The notes under the pieces: generated by a model
What the model was told of the DNA's origin: nothing
What the model saw: only the letters and a program-made list of their open reading frames with translations
Databases searched by the model: none
Source: Candidatus Saccharimonadota bacterium
GTDB taxonomy: Bacteria > Patescibacteriota > Saccharimonadia > Saccharimonadales > Saccharimonadaceae
Length of the DNA stretch: 64,000 nt
Direction of reading: 5' to 3'
Assembly: GCA_017404725.1 (NCBI GenBank)
Contig: JAFRBS010000027.1
Span: forward strand, 349 to 64,348
Translations under genes and position numbers: made by a program
Shown: one piece after another, positions 39,427 through 47,149 of the stretch
How the letters are laid out: each line of letters opens with the position of its first letter
How positions within the stretch are numbered: the first letter of the stretch is position 1

Positions 39427-40011
39427 ATGGCAGAAGAAAAAGCCGGCGAAAAATCAATTTTTAAGCGGGTGTGGTTTTGGATTACGCTTGGATCGGTTTT
39501 AGGAGTTGGGCTGATTGGACTGACTGCGTTTCTAGTAATTACTCAGCCGTGGAAAAGGCCAGATACTTCTCAAGTGCCCAAAATAGAAACTATCATTGCA
39601 CAAGGGAAGATTGGAACAGAAGAGGCAATAGTCAAAAAAGGAGTTTTATATATCATAGCCGCAGAACCATATATTAGACCATACACCGAATATTCGTATT
39701 GGAGTAGCCCTTCACATGATGAGGAGTATCTAGCGCTGAATGTGTTAATAGGATCAGGTGGTATTTTAGAAACGCATGAAGAGTCGTATGACGTCTCGCA
39801 TTTTTATTTAGTCGATAAGGATGATAACTTAATCTCCGGCTCAGTATATATGGGCGATGATGAAAAATACCTTGACAAGGGAGTAATAATGGGGCCTAAA
39901 GCGGTATCAGGCCTGGTAGTGTTCAAGATAGATAAGACACAAAAAATAAACGATCTGCGCCTCAAGTACTGGGATGCAGAAGCGGGTTTTCAGGCATACT
40001 TCTATTTTTAA
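39427..40011 (+). CDS. Membrane-anchored moron protein (N-terminal TM plus beta-rich ectodomain)
   Basis: AAAGGAG RBS and its own TATAAT box (CGCTATAAT about 30 nt upstream). TM segment VWFWITLGSVLGVGLIGLTAFLVI. Interrupts the tail module. Confidence 0.55.
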   Translation: MAEEKAGEKSIFKRVWFWITLGSVLGVGLIGLTAFLVITQPWKRPDTSQVPKIETIIAQGKIGTEEAIVKKGVLYIIAAEPYIRPYTEYSYWSSPSHDEEYLALNVLIGSGGILETHEESYDVSHFYLVDKDDNLISGSVYMGDDEKYLDKGVIMGPKAVSGLVVFKIDKTQKINDLRLKYWDAEAGFQAYFYF

Positions 40012-40013
40012 TA

Positions 40014-40035
40014 AGCACCCGTAGGAAATTATAAT
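40014..40035 (+). promoter_or_regulatory. Phage promoter-like motif copy 3 (AGCACCCGTAGGAAATTATAAT)
   Basis: Lies directly after the stop of 39427..40011 and 25 nt before ATG 40061. Confidence 0.5.
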
Positions 40036-40060
40036 TTCTCCATATAATAAAGGAGAAATT

Positions 40061-40372
40061 ATGGGTTTAAAGCTCAATAAATTGAAACCGATCGAATTCG
40101 ACGATGAGTTCACTTTGACGCCAAAAGTCACCACTGAGTTGAAGCTTCGGCTCAAGGAAATCAAATTCGATGATGAGGATGCTGTCGCCAATGGGATTGA
40201 CGTTATCAGCCGCTGTTTTGCTGAAGACGACAGGGAGAGAGTCAAGAATTTTTTGACGGACAACGCTACTTTGATGGCGCTGTATCAAATCCAGGCTTAT
40301 TTAGCCTATGGCATAGAAGATATGAACGAGCAAGTTCAAGCGGAGACTAAAAAGCTGTCAGAAGTCCAATAA
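40061..40372 (+). CDS. Phage hypothetical acidic protein
   Basis: AAAGGAG RBS, 103 aa. Confidence 0.5.
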   Translation: MGLKLNKLKPIEFDDEFTLTPKVTTELKLRLKEIKFDDEDAVANGIDVISRCFAEDDRERVKNFLTDNATLMALYQIQAYLAYGIEDMNEQVQAETKKLSEVQ

Positions 40373-40380
40373 TAAATCTT

Positions 40381-40406
40381 AAAAGACCACTTCGTGGTCT
40401 TTTTTG
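40381..40406 (+). terminator. Rho-independent terminator
   Basis: AAAAGACCAC-TTC-GTGGTCTTTT followed by a T-run. Confidence 0.75.
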
Positions 40407-40414
40407 TTGTTGCA

Positions 40415-40436
40415 AGCACCCGTAGGAAATTATCAT
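40415..40436 (+). promoter_or_regulatory. Phage promoter-like motif copy 4 (AGCACCCGTAGGAAATTATCAT)
   Basis: Lies immediately after the terminator. Preceded by TTGTTGTTGCA, as in copy 2. Confidence 0.55.
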
Positions 40437-40460
40437 TGGGAGGTAAAGAAAAGGAACATT

Positions 40461-40832
40461 ATGTCTCGAGAAATCTTATTATTATACCAAGACTGCCCGA
40501 TGTGCGGTGTTCATGCTGCTTGGGGAGCAAAACAGATGGAAATCGCTAAAAAAAATAAGCTTGTATTTAGAGAAGTTTCATTTATTACGCCTGAAGCTAT
40601 CAAAGCTCGTTATATGCAGAACGCAGTCAAAAAAGGAATCCGGAGTTACCCGTTCTTCACGGATGGTGTTAAGTTTAGTCGTTCGCTTGCTGATTTTATC
40701 GAAGAAAAACCTTCGGCTCCGCAGAAACCTGCAAAAAGTGTGAAAAAATCCACAAAAAAGGCTGCACAAAGCAAGAAAAGCACTCGCAAGAATAAAACCG
40801 AGGTAGCGGATGGGAATAAGGCAAAGAATTAG
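40461..40832 (+). CDS. Thioredoxin/glutaredoxin-like CxxC protein with a Lys-rich tail
   Basis: Start MSREILLLYQDCPMCG. The C-terminal tail is KPAKSVKKSTKKAAQSKKSTRKNK. Confidence 0.5.
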   Translation: MSREILLLYQDCPMCGVHAAWGAKQMEIAKKNKLVFREVSFITPEAIKARYMQNAVKKGIRSYPFFTDGVKFSRSLADFIEEKPSAPQKPAKSVKKSTKKAAQSKKSTRKNKTEVADGNKAKN

Positions 40833-42888
40833 CGACGCTATCTCTGGAAATCGGCGCAGAACCCGAGCCACACAAGAAACGAACAACGTTATTTCCGTTA
40901 ATGCGTTATGCTCGGCGTACGAGAATCTTTTTGCGCAAGTCCGCCCGCTTATCGACGAGATGAAAACGGTAATCCCTTACGGGGTCGGCCGCAACGGCGG
41001 TTCACTTGGAGTTGCTAGGACCCCTGAACTGGCAGCACTACAGGATCCAAACGAAGATATGGGATGGGGCGAGTTCGCAGATGCGATGTTTGCAACCTGG
41101 CTAACCGAAACAGAGCTAAATATCCACGTCCACAAGACCCCGCGTGGCAAAGTGTATGGTTATTCTGTTTTGCCTCCGGGATGTCGAACCACTAGAGCTG
41201 GTGGCGAGGTTATATTTGAGTTTTATGACGAAAAAGGCGGGATGGTCACGCTTACTCGAGACGAGGTGGCCACGCTCCGGTTTAGTCGTTCGCCGCGCAA
41301 TATTGACAAAGGAGTGTCGCCGGCATCATCTGTATTCACGTGGTCGCAAATTGACGATTTGATGGCGCAGTATCAAAAAGCATTCCTTGAGAACGGGGCG
41401 GTTCCAGCTTCGCTTACCATCATCAGAGCTTCATCAAAAGACAAGTTTGAACAAGCACGTAAAGAGATGGAAAAGCAGTACCGGGGGGCTGAGAACCGCA
41501 ACAAGACGCTTTACATTTGGCGCCAATTTGACAACGATGATGGGACGGAAAAAGATCAAGTAGAAATCAAGACAATTCAAGGTAATAACTCGACACTGGC
41601 GATTAAAGAACTTATCTCGGTGGTTAACGACCGCTTAAATAAGGCTGTCGGGGTCTCTAATTTCATCCTCGGCGACGATTCTAGTGCCAAATACGACAAC
41701 GCTGAGCTATCCGACTTACAATTTACGAAAAGACGCGTCTATCCGGCTCTGGTGAGCTTTTGGGGCCAATTTCAGCACGAACTAGACCGGATTGTCGGTG
41801 GGTTGGGATATGCCATCCAGTTTGACCTCGATGTTCCAGAATTAACGGACCGGCTTAAGACTAAGGCGGAGACTTCCCAAAAAAATGCGGATACCTTGAT
41901 TAATCTGATTAAGGCGGGCGCTAGGCCATCGGCGGCAGTAGAAGCGCTTGGATTATCTCAAGCCTGGCTTCCGGTAGCGAATGGTATTTTCAAAAGTGTG
42001 CTCCCTACTGATACAACTATTAACCCTACTCCAATTTTAAACAAAAATAGTAGCCTTCTCACACCAAATCAATCTCAACACTCTGAGACAAAAACTGAAG
42101 ATAAAAAAGAGATAGTAGGGAGCACAACAAAGGATGCGGCGATTGGATATCCGGTATTCAACGAAACTGAGATTAGGGAGAAATCAATTTATGACTCGCT
42201 CATGAAGATTGCTGAGGCGTATGCGAAAGAGTTCCAGGTCTCGGTTCAGGATGCGATTGACGCCATAATGGAAGTATTAGTACCGGAAGCGGATGACGGG
42301 GCGAACGCTGGGGCAGAGCGGATCGGTAAAATTACCGACGGCGAGGCAAGTGACTTTATTCAAGCGCAACTAGACAAGAACGGGTTTCATGTTTCGGAAG
42401 ATTTTCAGAAAGATTTAAATGATCGGGTTGCTGATTTGGTTTCTAATTATGACAAAGCTACAGCAGAAAGATTGCAAAACATCTTGTCATCTTCGCAAGA
42501 GGAAGGACTGTCTGCGAGCGAAATTAAGAAAAGGGTTCGGGAAGTGCTGCCGAAGGAAATGGCCGAAAGAGCCGCTCTGATCGCAAGAAATGAAACGGTG
42601 CACGCGTTCCGAGCTGGGCGCTTGTCTAATGACGAATACCTAGCGAATCGATTCGGACTGAAGCTAGGAAAGATTTGGCGTTGCAAGCATGATAAAGAGA
42701 CGTGCGAAGTTTGCGAAGCGATGGATGGGCGCATGGTCGAGTTGAAACAGGCGTTTCCGGATGAAATCGAGGACAAAGATGGAAATGTATTGAAGTGGGA
42801 TCACACCGTGTACAATCACTCAGGTGAAACTCCAGATGCGCACGTCAATTGCCGATGTTATTTTGATGAGGTAATACTAGATGATTAA
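40810..42888 (+). CDS. Portal protein fused to a MuF/SPP1-gp7-like head morphogenesis domain
   Basis: The N-terminal 400 aa or so follow a portal pattern. The C-terminus carries ALIARNETVHAFRAGR...W.C..D..TCEVCEAMDG...HVNCRCY, as in MuF domains. Confidence 0.7.
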   Translation: MGIRQRISDAISGNRRRTRATQETNNVISVNALCSAYENLFAQVRPLIDEMKTVIPYGVGRNGGSLGVARTPELAALQDPNEDMGWGEFADAMFATWLTETELNIHVHKTPRGKVYGYSVLPPGCRTTRAGGEVIFEFYDEKGGMVTLTRDEVATLRFSRSPRNIDKGVSPASSVFTWSQIDDLMAQYQKAFLENGAVPASLTIIRASSKDKFEQARKEMEKQYRGAENRNKTLYIWRQFDNDDGTEKDQVEIKTIQGNNSTLAIKELISVVNDRLNKAVGVSNFILGDDSSAKYDNAELSDLQFTKRRVYPALVSFWGQFQHELDRIVGGLGYAIQFDLDVPELTDRLKTKAETSQKNADTLINLIKAGARPSAAVEALGLSQAWLPVANGIFKSVLPTDTTINPTPILNKNSSLLTPNQSQHSETKTEDKKEIVGSTTKDAAIGYPVFNETEIREKSIYDSLMKIAEAYAKEFQVSVQDAIDAIMEVLVPEADDGANAGAERIGKITDGEASDFIQAQLDKNGFHVSEDFQKDLNDRVADLVSNYDKATAERLQNILSSSQEEGLSASEIKKRVREVLPKEMAERAALIARNETVHAFRAGRLSNDEYLANRFGLKLGKIWRCKHDKETCEVCEAMDGRMVELKQAFPDEIEDKDGNVLKWDHTVYNHSGETPDAHVNCRCYFDEVILDD

Positions 42889-43045
42889 GATTAAATGCCC
42901 AAATTGCGGAAGAATACTTGGTGAGACGGATCAGAGCCTCGACGCTCATATATTCTGTAAAGGTTGTAAGCATAAAGACCGAATTTCGATTAGGCACGTA
43001 AAATATAAGGCAGATTATCTGTCAGAAAGGAAAACTAATGATTAA
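42881..43045 (+). CDS. Com-like zinc-ribbon protein (54 aa, below ORF-track cutoff)
   Basis: My translation is MIKIKCPNCGRILGETDQSLDAHIFCKGCKHKDRISIRHVKYKADYLSERKTND. Overlaps both neighbouring genes. Confidence 0.45.
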   Translation: MIKIKCPNCGRILGETDQSLDAHIFCKGCKHKDRISIRHVKYKADYLSERKTND

Positions 43046-44024
43046 CCCTGATAATAAACTTGGTGTTAATGCGGCGTTTCAAGGGCGTACTACGCCCAAT
43101 ACGCTAAATCTAGGACTTCAGGTTCTATCCGGCCGCGGTATTATATCCGGATTCAGCGTCACTCCCGTTAGTGGTTTGACTGTCTCAATCGGCGCGGTTG
43201 CCGGAACTCCGGATGCGGCCATCGTTCAGGACGATATTGGCAACAGGCTCATTATGACTACGCGCTCCACAGTTCCTATCGAGCAAGAGTTATCTGCAGC
43301 GCCAGAAGAAGGCTCCAGAATAGATGCTGTCGTTATTTATACAAATAATCCACCGGAAGTATTGGAGAGCATTCCTACGGCCGACAACCCGACCGTTTGT
43401 GCTATGCTCGTCGTCGAAGGCGAGGCTTCGGCTTCGCCAGTAGCACCAGACGATACCGCAATTCGTGCTGCCATCACGGCTGATGAGGCTAGCGGTGCAA
43501 CTGCTTATTATGCCGTTTTGGCATATATCACGGTCGAGGCTGGGGTAACAGATATCACGGCTGGCGAGATCCAAGCTGGAGATGCCGTTGCGGCAACCGG
43601 TGGGTGGCAAGCTGGTAGCAATATCCAGATTAACGGAACGACTATTTCTGCGACGGATACTACATACACGGCTGGGACCGGTTTGAACTTAAACGGGACG
43701 CAGTTTGTAGCTGATACGAGCGTCCTGGCGACTCAGGCGAATCTTAACAGTAAGGCGGTGGGGACGACTGAAACGTACACAATTCCATATACAAGTTGGC
43801 TGACACAGTCGGCAATAGATCCGTTTAAATATAAAACCACAGTTAGCGCAGCGTATATCATCGGTAATAGTACGTTGGTCGAGCTCATAAATGACCAGGC
43901 GGTTCAATTCGCAAAATACGGACTTGCAATAGGTTCGGTCTCTGGTCAATCCATAACATTGTATTCCCTCGAGCAGCCAACATCGGCACTAACATTGTCA
44001 ATCAACTTCAAGGAGGTTGCATAA
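43038..44024 (+). CDS. Tail fibre/baseplate structural protein
   Basis: 328 aa, Gly/Thr/Ala-rich and beta-type, located in the fibre module. Confidence 0.45.
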   Translation: MINPDNKLGVNAAFQGRTTPNTLNLGLQVLSGRGIISGFSVTPVSGLTVSIGAVAGTPDAAIVQDDIGNRLIMTTRSTVPIEQELSAAPEEGSRIDAVVIYTNNPPEVLESIPTADNPTVCAMLVVEGEASASPVAPDDTAIRAAITADEASGATAYYAVLAYITVEAGVTDITAGEIQAGDAVAATGGWQAGSNIQINGTTISATDTTYTAGTGLNLNGTQFVADTSVLATQANLNSKAVGTTETYTIPYTSWLTQSAIDPFKYKTTVSAAYIIGNSTLVELINDQAVQFAKYGLAIGSVSGQSITLYSLEQPTSALTLSINFKEVA

Positions 44025-45415
44025 TGGCGTTGATTAAGAACCCTATGTGTGGAGGTGGTAGCGGTGGTGGCAGTATCGAAATTGTGAATGGGCTCATTAA
44101 ACAATACAAAGCTTCAGCTGGAGTCATCAGTGCCAACACTTTTGTGGAGTTTGTGGCAGACGGTGCTTTAAATGTTAGTGCATCCGAACAAATTGATAGC
44201 ACCGCGACGGTGCAGTCGGGTAATGATTATTACCCGACTGTTGTTAAATTAGATGACGAGCATGTTTTTGTCGCGTACGTTACGAACACCAGCGGTAGCA
44301 CAAATGACGTTTACGGTCGGGTAATCGAAATTGACCAATCCAATAATGAGATCAATCCAGGTCCACAAACACTAATTGCTAGTATTATGTCCCAGCCCAT
44401 GTTCGACCTCGAGGCTTTGTCGGCTAGTTCAGTTCTATTTTCTTTCCGCGGAGTCACGGACAATGCCCTCTCGTGTGCAGTGTTAAGTATTTCTGGGACA
44501 ACAATCACGACTGGTACAGAGACTGTTCTAGCTGGTGCCCCACAGGGGCTCTATGTTAGAACTGCCATGTTAACGAATGGAAACGTGTTTATCCAACACG
44601 CATATGATTCGACTAGCACTTATCTCTATGGAATGTCAGTTTCAATCAGCGGCAATACAATAACTATAGCCGCTCCAAATACAGCTATAGATACTAATTA
44701 TACTAATACCGGTAAGGGGATTAGCAGATGTAAGCCTGTCTTATTACCAGATGGTAGAATTGTGATTTTTTATGTGAGAGATACACACCCATATTGTATG
44801 ACATTGATAATTGGCTCAACTATAACTAAAAACTCAGCATATCAAATTTCAACAGTCGATAGTGTCCAAAGTGCCACGACAATTGTCATGAACCAAGAAG
44901 ACATCTTTTTTGGCTTTTCTTCTACCAGAGGCTACGAATCATATGGATCTATTATATCTGTTAGCGCCTCAGCGGTGATTACTGCTGGAACTTCGGTTTT
45001 ATTAGCAAGCCAACCGTATGATGATTCAAGCAACCAAGGTAATCAGCTTTGGGGACTATCCCGGATTACGGAAGAGTATTTGCTCGGGTTTTATTCTCTC
45101 AGTAATACACGCGCAATAGGTTATCTACCAATTTGGATCCAAGGCACAACTGTCACTATAGAGACGCTTGCTAGATCCACTATAGCTGGTTATGGCCCAG
45201 AAATCGTGCCACTTTCGAGTAGCGACACTTTCATGTTTTATCGCGGCACTGCAAATTCTTCTACAGGCATTTCAGCGGCTCTGATTGACCAATCTGAGGT
45301 TATTCGCGCGCAGACTGCTACTAATCCGGATTCCATCCAAGGGCTTACCGCCGACGCGATTACAGATCAGTCATCTGGAGGGGTTTGGGTATTAGATACG
45401 AGCCAAAGTGAATAA
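44024..45415 (+). CDS. Tail-associated structural protein (possible receptor-binding or propeller-like)
   Basis: 463 aa with a Gly-rich N-terminus (CGGGSGGGS) and repetitive beta-strand-like segments. Confidence 0.4.
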   Translation: MALIKNPMCGGGSGGGSIEIVNGLIKQYKASAGVISANTFVEFVADGALNVSASEQIDSTATVQSGNDYYPTVVKLDDEHVFVAYVTNTSGSTNDVYGRVIEIDQSNNEINPGPQTLIASIMSQPMFDLEALSASSVLFSFRGVTDNALSCAVLSISGTTITTGTETVLAGAPQGLYVRTAMLTNGNVFIQHAYDSTSTYLYGMSVSISGNTITIAAPNTAIDTNYTNTGKGISRCKPVLLPDGRIVIFYVRDTHPYCMTLIIGSTITKNSAYQISTVDSVQSATTIVMNQEDIFFGFSSTRGYESYGSIISVSASAVITAGTSVLLASQPYDDSSNQGNQLWGLSRITEEYLLGFYSLSNTRAIGYLPIWIQGTTVTIETLARSTIAGYGPEIVPLSSSDTFMFYRGTANSSTGISAALIDQSEVIRAQTATNPDSIQGLTADAITDQSSGGVWVLDTSQSE

Positions 45416-45435
45416 ATTAAAGAAAGGAGAAAACT

Positions 45436-45735
45436 ATGGCTAAAAAATATGTAATCACCACTAAAGAAGAAGACAGGATTATTGCCTTCGCAAAACAATT
45501 ATCAACTTTAGACAATGGCTATTGGCACTCGGTTTTAGCGGACACCGCTTACCCGAACACAACCTGCTATGCCTACGACGCGGATGGTCAGATCGCAGAA
45601 GTAGATGGTAGCAAGCCGGCAAAAATTGGCGAACCTATCGAGATTCCAGCCGAAGTTAAAATCGAACAGTACTGCTACACGACCGAAGACGGCTTCTACC
45701 CTAATCCGGATTATGTCGCGTCGGCTGAAGACTAA
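45436..45735 (+). CDS. Phage hypothetical protein
   Basis: AAAGGAG RBS, 99 aa. Confidence 0.5.
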   Translation: MAKKYVITTKEEDRIIAFAKQLSTLDNGYWHSVLADTAYPNTTCYAYDADGQIAEVDGSKPAKIGEPIEIPAEVKIEQYCYTTEDGFYPNPDYVASAED

Positions 45736-45757
45736 AGCACCCGTAGGAAATTAAAAT
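45736..45757 (+). promoter_or_regulatory. Phage promoter-like motif copy 5 (AGCACCCGTAGGAAATTAAAAT)
   Basis: Lies 22 nt upstream of the endolysin ATG. Confidence 0.5.
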
Positions 45758-45779
45758 TAGCACAAGAAAGGAGCACTAA

Positions 45780-46775
45780 ATGGATAAAAAACAGGTGGCA
45801 AAAGTTAAAATTGACAAGGTAACAGGAATTCTCGCGGCGGTCGGGATGATTCTAGTCGGAATCTTGGTCGGACTGGCCGGAGGCAAAATCACAGCGGTCT
45901 TCAATCCAGTTGAAAAAGAAGTAGAAATCTATGCCGAAACAGAAGGCTCCATCACTTTATCTGAAGAACAGCCAGAAGCAATTGTGGAAAATGAGAATGG
46001 CGAGCTTGAAACTGAGCAACTTCCGGTAGTCGAAGAGGTTTCCGGCAATGAATTCCCTGTTGAAGAAGAAGTTGACTTTGGTCAAGGTGCTTACTACGAC
46101 TTTTCTACGCCGGCAACGTTCAAGAATGCTACTCTTGGAAACTGCATAGATATGGACGGCAAATATGGGGCGCAGTGCGTAGATCTAGCAGCGGTTTTTC
46201 ACAAAGAATACACCGGACGCTGGCTCTCGACCTGCGGAACCGGTGCGGCTCGTGGAATCTGGGCGTGCCGTGGTGAAAATGCTGGCGAAGAATACGAACT
46301 TATCACGGATGTTACTAAAGTTCAGGCTGGTGACTGGTTAATCTTTGATGGCGGCAAATATGGCCATGTCGGAATGGCTATGGGCCCATACAACAACGGC
46401 TATGTCGCGCTTCTCGGCGAGAATCAGGGTGGTGCTAAATGTACTGGCGGCGGCGCGGCTGCTAACATCATCAATATGTCCACTAAGACCTTCCTAGGCG
46501 CCTTCAGACCGAAAATCTATATCGCTCCAGAACCAGAGCCTACACCAGCACCGGCGCCGGTGGCTGATAAATGTCAATCTTGGGACCTCAAAAAGGGCGA
46601 CACACTCGGTAAAATAATGAAAGAGTGCGAGGGTAGAATCGTCTGGGGGTCCACCATGGATGAATACGCGAAGACTTGGGCCGATAAGGAAACCGGTCAG
46701 GTTGTCTATGATGGCTGGTACAAATCGGAAAACGGTGTTGGTCTTTATGCTGGACACGAACTCACGAGGAAATAA
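45780..46775 (+). CDS. Endolysin: N-terminal signal-anchor, CHAP peptidase domain, C-terminal LysM-like module
   Basis: TM segment ILAAVGMILVGILVGLAGG. CHAP catalytic elements GAQCVDLA and KYGHVGMAM. The C-terminus has WDLKKGDTLGKIMKE. Confidence 0.75.
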   Translation: MDKKQVAKVKIDKVTGILAAVGMILVGILVGLAGGKITAVFNPVEKEVEIYAETEGSITLSEEQPEAIVENENGELETEQLPVVEEVSGNEFPVEEEVDFGQGAYYDFSTPATFKNATLGNCIDMDGKYGAQCVDLAAVFHKEYTGRWLSTCGTGAARGIWACRGENAGEEYELITDVTKVQAGDWLIFDGGKYGHVGMAMGPYNNGYVALLGENQGGAKCTGGGAAANIINMSTKTFLGAFRPKIYIAPEPEPTPAPAPVADKCQSWDLKKGDTLGKIMKECEGRIVWGSTMDEYAKTWADKETGQVVYDGWYKSENGVGLYAGHELTRK

Positions 46776-46777
46776 TA

Positions 46778-47149
46778 ATGGCTTGCCCAAACCAAAACAA
46801 CATCACGATGACGCGCGGAGATACTACGAAATGGTACTTCCAGCGCAAAGACAACGACGGAAATGTAATTACGACGCGCCCGAGCAAACTCTATTTCACG
46901 GTAAAATCGGACCCACGAAACTTGACCCCTGTATTCCAGATTCAGTTTCCGGAGATGACGCTTGACGAAGATGGGACAATCCACTTCACGATTCTGCCGT
47001 CTATGACAAACGGTCTGGACTGGCGGAAGCAATACTACTACGATATAGAGGTCATTGACGCTGGCGTTAAGACCACTATTTCATACGGCCGATTCACACT
47101 AAAACCAGAGGTTACTTGGGCGCAAAATGAGGAGGGAGAATCCGAATAA
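46778..47149 (+). CDS. Small Ig-like tail/baseplate protein (BppU-N-like)
   Basis: ITMTRGDTTKWYF...YYYDIEV pattern. Position next to the fibre gene. Confidence 0.35.
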   Translation: MACPNQNNITMTRGDTTKWYFQRKDNDGNVITTRPSKLYFTVKSDPRNLTPVFQIQFPEMTLDEDGTIHFTILPSMTNGLDWRKQYYYDIEVIDAGVKTTISYGRFTLKPEVTWAQNEEGESE

